A DNA stretch of 62,126 bases, filler included, from Platydemus manokwari (GCA_037951405.1; 5 parts of 5 records of this genome joined end to end with filler, not necessarily neighbours in it); one strand, 5' to 3'. Counted from the first letter of the whole stretch, positions 26,076-40,780 are shown. The notes: generated by a model not told the origin, from the sequence alone. Numbers and translations are program-made.

Positions 26076-26570
26076 GCTATTTTATAAAAAACGCATCGAA
26101 AACGAACTTTATACCAAAATTAAATTTTATATAAAATTCAATTGTAAATCAATTTAAAATGTCCACATCTCCCTTTCTTTAAAATATTTGATTTGATTTT
26201 TATTCTTTATTGACATTGTATCAAATGCTCACATTTCTATCTACATAAAAACTCTAGTAATTCTATCTGTTTTATTTCTTCTCTGCATCTTCATATATTC
26301 TCTATTTAGTCTCAACAGATTTTCCTTTTTCCATAATTTTCAGTCATTGATCTTCTCAAAATCGAATACCGATGCGTGGTCGCCATGTAAACAGCTACTA
26401 TTTATAAAAAACATACCGAAAACGAACTGAAAAAGACACAAGATCTAATTCTACTTAAATGCAATTATTTAACCAAATTAATTTGATTTTATATAAATAA
26501 ATCTTTATACCAAATTCAATTTTATATAAAATTCAATCTGTAAAAATTTAAATTCAATTTAAAATGTTTA
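26076..26570. repeat. Local direct duplication (~85 bp, second copy interrupted)
   Basis: tttataaaaa..cgaaaacgaac / ctttataccaaa.t.aattttatataaaattcaat..tcaatttaaaatgt at about 26080-26162 and again at about 26400-26570. Confidence 0.6.
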
Positions 26571-28442
26571 CAATTATTATTTATTGATTACTGGAAATTA
26601 AAATTTAATTATGTAGTAATATGAAAACATAGACAATTATTTTTAAAATGAATTTAATAATACAAATAACTAAACTATTTTATAATCCAAATAGTCTTAC
26701 AATTGCAGATTAGCAATGTTGTCCACCAAAGTACCATTTATTATAATATATATAATATTCTCGGAATGCTTATTCACGAGGCTGGTATTGATTATAAATA
26801 TGAAGATAAAGCGATATTTTAAAAAATTTATGGATTATTTATGACATGAGATAAAAGTCAAAAATTCAACCATATTCCAGCAATTAATGTGTGTTTACCC
26901 TCACAATTTTAGAATCACAAACATATTATCTGCCACATTTTGTCCAGTTCAATTACGAAGCTCCTTGCAAGTTCTAATTAAAATGCAACACCAACTGAGT
27001 ATTTTTACAAGTCATACTCTATGAAATTCTCTCGTGCGATAAAAGAGCTATTTTAATGTATTAGCAGTCACATTTGGACAATTTGATTGATTATTTAACG
27101 AAAGCCATTTACGATCTGTGAGAAATTTACTTATAAATGGGAACCAAAAGCTGCAGTATATTGGTGTTGGTGTTTGCTAAAACGGAAAGAAATGGGCAAT
27201 ATTTAGAGCTGTTTGATTCAGACCGTTATCAGAAAATGATGAGTTGCAAATTATAGCGAAATAGGACAGCTTAGTGTTGATGGAATGGTTCGACCAACAG
27301 TATTCTCATCTGTGGAATGTATTTTATTTTCAATTTCATGTCTAAATATTAGACAACCTCAATATTATTTTAATGATTAATTAATGATTTATCGAATTGT
27401 TTTGGTAATTGTTTGTATACAACTCATTGACACGAATTTGAAACTCATAGATGATTTCAATAGAAAGTAGGATATCCGTTTTGCAACTTCACGTTCTCGT
27501 AGCCAGTATTTCCTTTTCAGAAAGATTTACGTCAACTTTATCAAAAAATATTTAAAATTAATAACATAGTTATTCCTAATCAATGTTCTCAAAAAATATT
27601 ATTCATCGATTCAATTAAATATATTATATCAAAGCAAGACAGCTTCTAAAAATAACGATACAATTTCCATCACAACTTTGATAGCAGGCGGCACGGTATT
27701 CTAATGAGTGTCTTAAGATTCTGAGAGCATATTGAATTGTTGCTCGTTTATTTTATCAGTCAAGTGGTTCGAGAGTTCCTTTTGCGATTTTAGCAAGAAT
27801 TTCTTAGCCAATCGTATCAACTAATATTTAGAATCAATTGTGATACAATGACATATATATATTGAAGGATTTGTAAATCTGATGTCATTGATATCATTGA
27901 TCGAAAATTGAAGAAATTGGAAATTATTCGATAGCACCTGAATTGTATGGATATATATATACACACCCACACCACACACCCACCCACACACATAAATTTA
28001 ATAAATATTTTATTAAAATAACTATAATTTAGTGATTGTTGTAAGCTCACAAACTTAGTCGCTAGAGATTTATTATAAATAAAAAAATAAAATATTATAT
28101 TTCAGTATTAAATTTTAACGGCAAAAAATTATTTTATTTCGCCTGATTCTGATTTAATTTCCTGATTTCAATTAATTTTCATTGGGATTCGTATAATGAA
28201 GAGCTCAACAAATTTATTTCGATGTGAAAAAATTATATAGTTTGAGTTTTTATTGATTTTTTTTCTGCCAAAGTTTCTCAAATTTACCAGCAAAAAATGA
28301 TATAACTTAATTTATAAACGTATTTTTAATTTCAAGTATCGGTTCGATTCTACATTCGATCGATCTTATTTGTGTTTGTGTGGATTTATCAGTTTTAGAG
28401 TACTGACAAAAGGACTAATTTTCCAAAACATCATTTGAAATA

Positions 28443-29609
28443 CACTCAACCCTCATTAATCCGAACTTCAATAATCCGAAAACTTCATAGTCCGAAATAA
28501 ATTTGTTTGTTTCGTTATTTTCGAACGTTTCCAGACACATTTGATTCATTAAGCCGAAACTTCATGATCCGCCATCGGGAAGCTCTTTTTTGAATTAAAT
28601 TTATAATTTTTAAAAGTTTCGGATTAATGTTGTTTAAAAATTAAGCTTGTTTACAATTTTTTATTTATTTAAAATAAATATCCATATGGCTAGGTAAAGA
28701 ACAGAAATTACAATTTATCGAAAGGTAAAAATTTGTGCAATAAAGGAGTCAAAGAAAATGTCGCTGAGTGAATTGTCTCAAATTATCCGAAGAGAATTTA
28801 ATCTGGACCTAGGAATTTCAACGTTACCGAAAGTTTTGAAAAATAAAAAGAAATGATAAAATTGTGAAAGCTCAAACACTTACTCCTGACATTCTTCGAA
28901 AATTCATTCTCTACTTGAGAATTCATTGGTCGAACGGATATCTCGAATGGGTGCCATAAATGGTTACATGACTGATGAAATTATCATTACAAAAGCAAAG
29001 GAATTTGTTCACGAACTAAATGTTGATGACCTGCAATTCACCAAAAAATGGCCCTATAGATTCAAAAATCGATTTAATCTGAAATTGAAAGTTCTCCATG
29101 GAGAAGCAAATTCAATGAAAGATGTTGATGTTTCAGCCCATAAAAAATGGTTGAAAAATTTGCAGGAATTGACCCAGAGGTTATACTCAATATGGGTGAA
29201 ACTGAACTTTTTTTTCAACCATTTCATACAAGAACGATTTCATCAAGTGAAAGAAAAGACATAAAACAATCTAAAGTTAGAATAACCATAATTTCAAGCA
29301 ATTTATCCCATGCAATTGAAATTGTGATCAAAGCAAGTTCTTCTTCAAACAGCTCTACTCAAAAAATAACCAATGATACAATAAGAAATTTAAAAGAAAT
29401 CAAAGTTGATTCATCCAAAAGAAAACTTTTAGATTAAAAAATTTTAGATTATTTTTTAAATGAATAATTGTCTTTTTCTTAATATTTTCATTATTAATAT
29501 CATTTAGGTATGGTGATCATATAGATTTTAAATTCTTTCATTATTCGAATTAATTCACAATCCAAAAGTAAATCGATTTCTAATTATTCGAATTAATGAG
29601 GATTGACTG
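28443..29609 (+). mobile_element. pogo/Tigger-like DNA transposon, internally deleted, pseudogenised CENP-B-type transposase
   Basis: TA-flanked TIRs CA(C/G)TCAA(C/T)CCTCATTAAT(C/T)CGAA; IIITKAKEF..FTKKWPYRFKNRFNLKLKVLHGEANS and ILNMGETELFF motifs. Confidence 0.9.
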
Positions 29610-31140
29610 TAGTTTCATTATTCCAGCTTCTTGTATTCTTAATTTTTTAACTTCCGTACTAAATATTTTGTTTTATAAAGTAATAAAAATAAAAATAATA
29701 AATTCGCCTTCAACAGTTTTGTTTTGGTCCTTCATATGATTTATTAGTGTCTCAGATAAGAAACTTAAAGGACAAAAAAATTTAAAAATAGCCTCACGTC
29801 TCTGTAAAGAAAATAAAACAACCAGCTATAAATAATAGAAAAAGCAGAAAAATTAGAGAAACGGATTTTAAAAATTCCTGACAGCTAATATTTCACAAAG
29901 CATCTAGTTATAATTTGATATGTTAGGTAATGACGGTATAAGCAGTCGATTGTCTCGATCAACAGGATGTACCACGAAATAATGTTAGTTTTTAAAATGT
30001 CTTGTAAGATAAGTGGTGTCCGTCCATAAACTATTGGTATCCATCAATGTCACAATTAAATCTCATATATTTGATATTCGTGAATGTTTGTCAGTGAGCG
30101 TGATCGTTTCAATAAATTAATTCATAATTTTGAGCTTTTAAATTATTTGTAAAAATACTGTTTTTATTTCTGTCTTAAGAGCTGGATGGAAATGTTTCAA
30201 ATTATACAAATGTGTTCCCCATTGTTTGTTTACTCTTAAAGAAAAACGATTCACCGGTGAGTGTGGATCAAAACAGCTTTGGAACAATATGATCTGATCT
30301 TTATTTAGATTTATCAGTTTCTATTTTTATTTTATTTTACACTCAAATATTAACAATTATATCCAATAAACTACTTATATATTGTAAGCCGCCACTTTTT
30401 TATCAAATACTCATTAGAAATGAACTGAAAAAGCACAATTCCGAATCATTTATTTTAATACTGTTAGTAGCAGCCACTTCGCTTGAAATTGATGTTTCAA
30501 CAAAAGAAGTCATTATTATGATTTTCTTAATATTTATTTAAAAATCTAATTCATTTATACATTCTCAGATCCACATTTCTTTAAAATCTTTGATTTCCTT
30601 TGTATTCTTAATTGGGTTTTTATCGAACACTGTACATATTTATTTATATTGGGTGTATAACCTTAAAATTTCGATTTGATAAAAGATGTCGCTGGGAGTA
30701 TTGCTTGCATATAATGTCGNNNNNNNNNNNNNNNNNNNNNNNNNNNNNNNNNNNNNNNNNNNNTTAATTAATTAANNNNNNNNNNNNNNNNNNNNNNNNN
30801 NNNNNNNNNNNNNNNNNNNATGTTGTAACTTCCGATGGACATTACTTTGGATAACAGAATTGTACAAGATTTTCTTTAATAAACACTCAATTGTTCAAAA
30901 AAAATTCCGGTTTTTAAGTTATAGACCCAATATATGAGAATAAAAACTAGGATTTGATTAACCGGATTGATATTAGATCATAGAAAGTTGCTTGTACTAA
31001 TTTTTATTTTATTAGGCATTATTTAATATTTTTTTTGAAAGTAAAATAATTTAAATCAATGACCATGTGGGATTATATTTCTAATAAAACTAACATCAAT
31101 ATGCTCAAATTGCTTTCAAGTTGAATATAAAAAATATTAC

Positions 31141-31317
31141 CAGCCAGCAGTAAGATTCTGGTGTTTTGGTCATGAATTTCGATCTGTCTTGCTATATATT
31201 CTCCGTCAAAGTGTCCCCACCAATTACCACTTGTTGCTTTACCAGCTGGTGTTTTGAACGGCAGAGTGAAGTAACGCTGCTCATTCCTATTTGATGGAGA
31301 CGCTTTTGAGATAGTAG
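31141..31317 (-). CDS. Myo6: Myosin VI exon, cargo-binding domain
   Basis: QRYFTLPF..GNWWGHFDGEYIARQIEIH..ILLLAG matches the MYO6 CBD (QRFFRIPF..GWWYAHFDGPWIARQMELH..ILLVAG); AG/GT borders. Confidence 0.92.
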
Positions 31318-32903
31318 CTGAATTTTTAATCCAATTATATAAACTTATGTATTTGCACGAATAATCATAATATAATAAAATAATAATTAAAATTATCACA
31401 AAAATCGAAAACATAATTTTCCAAAGAAACTATAAACAGATTTTAAGGTGTATCTTAGTTAATACAATTTGCAGTCTTCTCTTCTGATTACCTTAAATCT
31501 AAAACTATTGAATTTGATGATTACGTACACGGATTGTACATTGGGTTGTCTAAGATCGAGAATATGTAGGAAAAGTTAAGTCGTTGAAGCATTCATTACA
31601 GGTTGAAATAATTATTAGAAATCTGAAATTTTGGAATTCATAAAAATATAGACAAATTGTCAAATGTGCCAAAAATTTTACAAAAAATTGGATTTTGTTC
31701 AAGACAAATTCAGGCCACAGATATCTCAAGATAAATCAAATTCGCTCAGTAAGCAAAAAAAATTTGGTTAAATGAAAGACAATTTCTCAGATAAAGGAAA
31801 ATAGAGGTCTTTGCCATCACTTAACAAAGCATCATTGACCGAAGAAAGTTTTACTATACAAGCAAACCGATCTGAGGAAGAAATCGCACAAATTTGAAGA
31901 GAGAAAGCGCCAACAAAGTATTTTCCTTTATTACAAATTCAAGCACAAAATATCACTCGTGTAATTTTTGTTAATTCAAGTACATTACCTTGGGACAAAA
32001 CTGAGGAGGAGATATCAACTGAAATCCAATTATATCTAAAGCTAACAAGACTAAGGTAGTGAACCCTCTAAAATACTGGCTATATCTGAACTAGTACCGG
32101 ATAAAGTCTCGTTCAGATCTATATCTGAGCATCGATACAAAAACTATATGAAACAAATCATTAATTATCACCAGCTCTAATACTTAACAATTGATATCCT
32201 AAGTATTGTAAAAGCACTCATCAAGTAAATATTTTACCTACTATATTGGATAGAATTATCTCTTATAAATCTGTGCCGTTCCCATTTAAATAAATAGGAT
32301 AAATTCATAATTTCACAATTTCTCAAATCTTTATTTTTGCAAAAGTAATTAGTACTCGGAGGTTAGGCAATAATTTTAACTGATGGAATACGAATCTTAA
32401 TATATTATAAAGCTTGGACAGAGAGAAATTCTCACTTATCTATTAATCAGTAATTATTATAATCATTGATCATCACTTTAAGTATAGGGAAAACTTCGAA
32501 CTACTGATATATCGTTGGAGTCAGATATGCCTACTTATGTCGAGAAATTGATTGTCATCATATTTTACAAATTGTGATTTATCTAGAATTCTGTGCTGGA
32601 ATTCGTGGTGTTAATATTAATCAGATTATTTATCTATCCGACTTTTCGCAACTGTTTAGCTAATAATTTTGGTTATGCATCCTATACCATCTTATTGACA
32701 TCTTGTTGTCTTATCCTTCTATCAACAAAAGTTTGACAACATTTTGCGGATTTCATTTTCACATCTTATTATGTCAATATTTAAGAGATAATTGTGAAGA
32801 AAAATGCCACTCAATTAGTTTGACATCAAAAATCCAATCCACATAAAGTTAAAGATAATAAATACTAAAGATTTTTCTATGAAATTGAAAGTTTTGTAAG
32901 TAC

Positions 32904-33077
32904 TTAACTTTGGAATATTTAAATTACTTTGAGGAGATTTTATTTGAACTGTATTTTCACCGAGTTCTACCACATTAGTATTTGTGTGTTTCTTTTCCTT
33001 TTGTTTGGCTTTCCAATTATTATAAGCATTAACACGACGATGAAATTCTGCCTGACATGCTTCAATCAATTTTATAT
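32904..33077 (-). CDS. Myo6: Myosin VI exon, tail (RRL-motif region)
   Basis: DIKLIEACQAEFHRRVNAYNNWKAK; splice phases match the neighbouring exons. Confidence 0.88.
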
Positions 33078-33130
33078 CTACAAGTCGTGACAGAAATATT
33101 GAATAACAATAACACAGACAAAATACAAAC

Positions 33131-33390
33131 CACATGATGTATTTATAAGTTTCCGTAATTCATCATAGGATTTCTCGGTTACATCATTGGGATTGACTGG
33201 AGATCGGGATCGATTAATTGTTGATTCTTCAATCACACCCGTATCTCCTTCAGCAATCCTTAATGCTAACTCCTTGTCTCTTTTTTCTTGTTCTTTTGAT
33301 AATTCTGCAATGTAATCCTCGGTTTCATTGTGAAGTTGTATAATTGGGGATGTCTTTTTCATTTTTTCTAATTTTTCTTCCTCTTTTTTT
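33131..33390 (-). CDS. Myo6: Myosin VI exon, MIU region and distal tail
   Basis: EQEKRDKELALRIAE and YDELRKLINTSC. Confidence 0.9.
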
Positions 33391-33447
33391 CTATTGAATA
33401 AAAATTTCCAAATCATCATCATTATCATCACTACAAAAATAACACAC

Positions 33448-33740
33448 CGTTTTTTCTCTAATTCCATTTTCAATTGCTTTTCATCATCCTCCAATTTTTG
33501 TCGTTGTTTTTCATCTTCCGCTTTTTGTCTTTGCAATTCCATTTCCATTTGAATCTTCTTCAGTTTTTCTTTCTCTGCATTGATTTTCTCCACTTGAACT
33601 TCGTTTTTGAGAAAACGTATATCGTTATCAAGACCGACCTGAAAGGTTTCGATAAGCTTTCTTACCGATGAGATTTTGCTTGGAGGTGTATTTTTGATTT
33701 CATTTTCCAGTTTAGTATACTTTTTCTTATTTTCTTCAAT
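33448..33740 (-). CDS. Myo6: Myosin VI exon, three-helix bundle and SAH region
   Basis: E/K/R-rich EKEKLKKIQMEMELQRQKAEDEKQRQK; AG/GT borders. Confidence 0.85.
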
Positions 33741-33918
33741 CTATAATGAAAGGAATAATCGATTCTATTTTATAAATATTTGTTTTAATAATCGATATGA
33801 TATAGAATACAATCAGTTTTCTTCACAAAGATATCACTGATGGTTTAGCAGCGAATTGAATTTTTTATATTTTAAAATCCAAAAATATTCCAATAATAAA
33901 AATAAAATCAAAATCTAC

Positions 33919-34112
33919 TATTTTCCGGCCCTTGTTATCTGGAGATTTCAATTGATTTGCGATTAACGATATTTTATCTATGAAACAATTCATTTCTCTT
34001 AGTTTCTTCAAACATTTGATTTTCGGTCCGAATTTCTTTTTTACAATCCACATTCGAATTGTTTTTTGAATTTTTATGATTTGCTGTCGGCGCCAGATGA
34101 TTTTATTTTTCA
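33919..34112 (-). CDS. Myo6: Myosin VI exon, IQ motif
   Basis: LKNKIIWRRQQIIKIQKTIRMWIVKKKFGPKI; donor position less certain. Confidence 0.85.
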
Positions 34113-35816
34113 CTGAAAAATATTTGATAAATTTTACATGTGATCAATAAATTTAAAAAAAATTTATATGAATTTGATTGAAAATTATCGATTTTTAAAA
34201 TCCACTGAGTTCAAAACAATAAGAAATATAATAAATCAATTGGATCATTATTGAGTGTGACAGAGAACAATAAGAATTTGAATTTTAAAATTTCATTTTC
34301 AATCTGGCGCATACCACAGAGAACTAAATCATACCAATTGTCAGGATTTATTGCTAGATGTGTTGAAATAATCTATTTAATGATGCATGAATAATCAATA
34401 CAAACGTAAATTAGGACGAGAATTAATATTTATTTGGTGACATCTATCTTAAGGTGATTTAAATCATCATCTGAAAAATGAATGGAATTTTTATGATTGG
34501 GAATAATTTGATCGAATATTTGAACTCGTATTGTGAATATCTACCATCAAAAAAATTTGACAATCACTTATTTTACAAACAATGATATAAATATTATATT
34601 TTAGAATTATAAATAATAATTAGTGATATTATTCTGTCCAAAACCTTGATATATTGAAAGAATGGACTAAATTTTATGATGATTGACCGAATAATATTAA
34701 ATTAAAAACACTAAAATTTACAAAACGACTTGTAAATTTTATTCCTAAACAAATAGTATTCAAAGCAGAATGTCTAATAATGAACCCCATAGTGGCAATT
34801 CGATGCACAATAATAATAAAAAATTCACAACATATCAGTCTCATAATACACATAAACACATGTACACAGAGACCCAATGAGAAATTCGTAAGGACTATTC
34901 TTCGATAGCAAGTGCTACTTCAATTATAGTGGCCGTAGAAATTTATGCAATGTTCGGTAATTATAAACAATAAATAAAACTTGACTCTACTTTGGAGGTA
35001 AATATATTTCTCGGTATAATGATCAATACACGAATAACAAAATCTCAACCCAAAATTGGTTTTCAACTTGCAGTTGTCCATCTTAACATCGATTTTTATA
35101 TTCGCGATCTGTGTATTTTTTATGTCATGTTGCATCGTACTTTGATTTGATATTTGTCTTTCTAAGTTCTTATTAGGCTTTTAAGTTTTAAAAGAGTGAG
35201 ATTGGTTAATCCCTATGTATGTGTTGTTATGTATCTATGGCTCTTTTTTCCATTGTAGTTCACCATTTAACTTCGCTATGATTGGCTGATTTCTATGTCT
35301 GTGTAGGCATGCAATTGTTTAAAGTGCCAAAACAAGGGTTCCAAGATGCAATTTGGTCTTTCTTTTTGTTGAATTTTATCTCACTCAACAGTATTTAAAA
35401 ATAATGTTTGCAATTTCGGAAATTACAGTAGTGTAGTACCGTACATAATAAAGATGAATTGGAGTACAGCCAGATATAGTTTCTAAGCTTACGTTTTTTC
35501 TTGTTTATCTTTGTGTAATTTACTGAATTGACGATATTTATACTTGGTCCTGGTGTGATATAAATATAAACTCTCAAAAGTGTTTAGACTTATTCCTCAA
35601 TGTGAACCAGATAGAGAAGTCGAATAATGGGATAAAGTTATGTTCTGCACAGTCCATAATTAACATTAATATTATCAATTAATCAATAGTTTAATCTAAA
35701 AAACTCAAATTTTAAATCATAAATTACTTAAATTAGAAATACAATTTCTCATATTAAATAGAATTATAATATTATCTATCTTATTATAAAAAACATAAAA
35801 TTCGAACTAAACCCAC

Positions 35817-36024
35817 GCTTAATAACTTCCCAAACGCCATACTGTGCCTTGCGCCAGCGATATTTAATAAGCCACTTTTTAACTCTGACAACCAAAATTT
35901 TTACATTCTCTGGATCTGATCGAATCAACTGATCGAATTCCGCCATTTTTCCTGGTCGAAAAAAAATCTTTGTCATACCAAACTGAAAATCGTTTTCATT
36001 GAGGCCAACAGCTTTGAAAAGTAA
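35817..36024 (-). CDS. Myo6: Myosin VI exon, converter and insert-2 (reverse gear)
   Basis: [43 protein letters not shown] is diagnostic of class VI. Confidence 0.95.
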
Positions 36025-37489
36025 CTGAAAACAATGATATATGTTTAATTCAATAATTACTACTTTATTTACAGAATAGTACACAAAGAGTCAAACAAGG
36101 TAACATTTATTCTCTTAAATATACCAAACATTTATCAGAAATATGAGAAATCTTAGCATTTTAAATAAGAAACCTCAACAATTAAATCTATTAAAATCAT
36201 GATCAGAAATTGATGTTATCTTCACTTCTATATTGATAGGTATCAATGTAGTTATAATTAATGAAATAATTTTTTATTATTGGTCTGTAACCTGAATGAC
36301 ATTGGGAGCTCATGATGATACAAAACTTCAATTCATATATATTGGTTGTCAACAATCACTAGTTTCAGTTTATACCACTCTCAGTTTTTAGGATTATTTT
36401 GATTTGTTTAGCTCATTTATGCTAATTATTGACAATGACTTGAGCATTTTACTGGATTCACAAATTTTAATAATTCTATTTGCTTCTAAAGAGATTGATT
36501 TTGAAAATAACATTCTGAGGTCTACAGAGACCCACAATATCGGGGAAGTAAAGGCAAGTAATTATTGTATTTTTAATCACCTTATTAAGATATGCTTGAT
36601 TATTCGATAAGGTGGAGATTTTTAATAACCCCGAAACGAACAAAGAATCAAGAATATTTATAAATTAGTTGATCAATTTGAAGATAATTTTTTCTGAATA
36701 TTATTTTGAATAAAATCAACTACTTTATATTTATAAATAGTTAATATGTGCTTAACTTGATTATATTGTTATCGCACAGTTATAAGTTCATTCTTTGAAA
36801 ATTTTCAGATTCATCTGAATGGTCCAACAAAACCCCATGCAAATTTTAATTTGCATATGTAATATAATAACAGACAATTAGATTTCGAAAATCCATATCA
36901 GACCTCGAAATATATGGAACTTGATTACAACCATTAAGCTGTAAAATTTATTCTCTATCTTTTTCAGTGTCTTCACTTTGATTCTGGATCTAATCCAAGA
37001 ATGACTAAGAATATTAAATCCTGTTCTGGTAATGAAATGTGGTCGTGAGACCACTTTTTAAAAAATGTATTCATGTATTGAATAATAATATATTATTTAG
37101 GGAAAACAATAAATATCTCGTCAAAGAATCCTCCAATTTTGTAATAAAAAACCACAAAATGTCAAATCTTCTCTTGTTATTCTTCAAAACGATATCATCA
37201 TCAAAATTTCAAATCCGTAGGTCTGCTATTAATGGAAAACAGCACAGAAATTTATTGATTTATGTTTATAACATTTCATTTGATATAATTTTCTGTTTGC
37301 TTAAAATAAGCGTTAATGAAGATTTGATTAATTTCAGTGATTTACCGTGCAAAAGGTAGATTGAAGTATTGATAGAAAATTTTCAGAAACAAAGTTAATC
37401 AATTAATAAAAAATCCTTTAAATTCTCTCAACTAATATAATAAAGTAGTATATTATTCTAGCATTATCTAAAAATTAAAATGAGCTTAC

Positions 37490-37714
37490 TTTACAAAATA
37501 ATCTTTGATCTAGTTTGGCTAAATTTGCTGGTAACAGCTTATAATAAATGTTGTATAAATCTATGAATTTTATTCGGCTTGGGTAACCCTGTTGCATCAG
37601 ATCTAAAACAACTGTCATTCCAGAACATTGAAGCTGACTGAGCACATTTCCACCTTCAAAAGATTTTGACACCATGGTAACGTTAGGCTTGATACACCTT
37701 ATAAAGTTGGTATC
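37490..37714 (-). CDS. Myo6: Myosin VI exon, motor domain (SH1/SH2 region)
   Basis: [33 protein letters not shown]. Confidence 0.93.
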
Positions 37715-37849
37715 CTATATANNNNNNNNNNNNNNNNNNNNNNNNNNNNNNNNNNNNNNNNNNNNNNNNNNNNNNNNNNNNNNNNNNNNNNNNNNNNNNN
37801 NNNNNNNNNNNNNNNNNNNNNNNNNNNNNNNNNNNNNNNNNNNNNNNNN

Positions 37850-37980
37850 GATTTCTGCAGCTTTTCCATCAAAACCGATAATTGCGATCTAAATTTACTG
37901 GCAACACTGATGAAAGTAAGTTTTCCCGTTGTATGGCCTTTTTTATTTGATGTCAATAAATTACTTTCCATTGGTTCTTT
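37850..37980 (-). CDS. Myo6: Myosin VI exon, loop 2 (runs into the gap at 37722-37849)
   Basis: GKLTFISVASKFRSQLSVLMEKLQK. Confidence 0.88.
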
Positions 37981-38031
37981 CTGTAAATCAAAACAGCTCT
38001 TTAAAATCATCACAATACATTTTGCTCAAAC

Positions 38032-38223
38032 CTCAAACATTTGTCGCATCAATGGAATAGTACTTGTTTCAAGAAGAGTTTTAAGAGAATCATGAAGTGC
38101 ATCATTGTTTTTCTCAATAAAACCTTCAGTGTGATAGCAAACAGCTCCGGCAAAATGGCGGATTAAAAAACCCTCGTTGTCTCTTAACTCTCGATGGGAT
38201 TTCAGTTTCGATTTTCGAGGTAA
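38032..38223 (-). CDS. Myo6: Myosin VI exon, motor domain
   Basis: [44 protein letters not shown] (not in the ORF track). Confidence 0.95.
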
Positions 38224-40652
38224 CTAGTAAAACAGTAGTAGTAAAACAGTAGTAAAACAGACAATTAATAAATTACGAACGAACGAACATATATATATAT
38301 ATATAAACCTAGTTTAGGTTCGATTCTAGTAAAGATTGTTATTGTATTGATTCGACCAACCTTTATTGAAGATTTATAACGTATTCTCATCATTGCTGCA
38401 TTTGTACATCACTTATTTTCTCAAGTGCTTGTTGTGAATTATTGTTATTATTATTTCATTATTTATATTATATTTGGATATTATAGTTCTAGTAAACCAG
38501 GAATTATATCGATATACTTTAAATTTAAACATTTTCAATTAAAATTTTCCGTTAATTATTAATTTTCCCCTTAGTTAAATATAATGAAATACTTTGTACG
38601 GATAGAACTGATTTAATTAAAAACATTTTTTGTTAAATAAATAATAATTTTGTATATATGCATGTTGAAAGTATTAGTTAATGTATTTTTCAAACTTACA
38701 ATTAATTCCGATATTTTCACTCTCTGCTGTATTGTAATGAAGTTATTTGCAAAGAATAAATATCATTAACTCATCAACATCAAGCTGAAATTTTTGTAAA
38801 TACACACCATCAGAAAATGATGCACACTAAATACTTATAGATTTTACATTAATGATAGATATGAGATTTAATATCGATAATTTACAACAATTTTATTACA
38901 ATTTTACAGCATAACCATCTATCGAATAAATCAGGTTCTTAAGAACCTTCATTGAACTTAAAATAAACCAATAAACAATGAGAATCGTTAAATCTAACAT
39001 TGTTTTGAACGGGGCATATTTTTAATGTAATATTTTGTCCACAATTTCATCATTGTAGAGTCCAGATGCTTAAATACTATTTCATTGAATTAAACTCTAT
39101 AAGAAACAAATTAATTTGTTCAAGGTTACCAATTGTATTTTCCAAGGCCACCATCAATTTACTCTATCTGCTTATGCATAAAATGATTTTAAATATAATA
39201 CTAGACAGACCACTACACATTAATATTATTCTGTAGTTATTTAAATGAAAAACATCAATAATTTAATATCGACTATTAAATTATTTTCCATTGTTTAATT
39301 TATTTTTGGTTTGCAACGAATTTTCTCGTAGTAAACAGAGAGCAATAATATCAAATATTTTCCTCAATAAAGATCGAGAACATTTCTGATTATACAAGGA
39401 TAAAACATTTCAAATTCGTTATTATGAATTTTTTTAATGAAATTTTTAAATTAGATTTGAAATATCAAACCGGATGTAATTTGTGCTCACAAATTTCGAA
39501 AATATTTAAGAAGTCGTCACAATGTAGATTACTATCAACTTTCTTATGACGGTCAGTTGCGCATTAATCGATTGCGACTCCTTTTGTGTTGTTCATTGAG
39601 ATTTGATTTCAGGTATTGTAATATAATCAATGCTATTTGGATTTCAATTGGTGAATTATCACTTGATTTTATGAGATTGTAATAATAATGTTTGAATAAA
39701 TTTAAAAGATATATTTGAAACAACAATCATAAAACCACGACTAATTTCATAAGAAGAGATCATTTCACATTCTCAAATTCCATATTTCTACCGGTGACTT
39801 TCAAAGAGAGTAAATTATATTTGACAAAGTATTACTGTGGTTGTTATGTAACACATAATTGATAATGGTAATGATCTCGTTATAATAATTGGTTTTCAAT
39901 TAATATTTCAGGTCCTGAATCAAATTTGTCCTGTGGTTATTTTTTCATTATTTACTTGAATTTCAAATGAATTTCAATTTAACGATATTATCTCAAGTAT
40001 TTTGTTCTTTCTCCATTCATTTATGTTTAGAAAAGTTAAAGGAGTGGAGAATAACTTACTATTTGATTTGTTTGTCAATATCTTCATCAAAGAGGTATTC
40101 GATAAAAAAAATTTCTTTAATAATTTTTTCAACAAATTTCCAATTTCATTTAAGAGGTAAAAACTCTATTAATGGCGATGCTAAAAACTAGCAAGTAAAC
40201 CAAAAGTATGAATTTTGTTTTAAATTATTATTTTAACTAATTAATTATTAAGATTTATATTGTAACTTTAAAATATTTATATTATATAAAATTAAATTGG
40301 AAATTACTCAATTTTTGATGTAGAGGATCCTATATTTTCTAAAATGTCACTCTGTATCTCATAAATCAAAGCTCCACTTTTCATATGGTCATGATAATTT
40401 TATAAGAATGTTAACTTTTAGAAAGTAACCAAGGCTCTAAAATAAGATTCTTGGCTTAAAAATATTTATATAAGACAGTCAGGGATCTGGAGAGAATTAT
40501 AGTGAAAACAGAAAATGGTTATAATAGAGTTCAAAAATGTTTAAAGCTTGCCTAAAGACTAACAAACAACCTTTGGTTTTCGATGTATCATAAACATTAT
40601 TAACATTTCCTAAGCTGATTTTGCAATTTTGAAAGGATAATTTATGTTTTAC

Positions 40653-40780
40653 CTGAAGTCGAAAATGATTAGGATTCACTGAAAATATGGAAGTTGTGAA
40701 ATGATCGGCACTGGGTTTTGGCAGTTTGCTCTCTTCGTCTAGAATATCTATAATTCCTGAAGATTTCTTTTCGATAAGAT
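40653..40780 (-). CDS. Myo6: Myosin VI exon, motor domain
   Basis: DLIEKKSSGIIDILDEESKLPKPSADHFT. Confidence 0.93.

Noticed and set aside
30541-30665. Candidate last Myo6 exon (KDFKEMWI)
   Set aside because: Lacks the conserved DDMxMCEL..GAEI pattern and a compatible acceptor.
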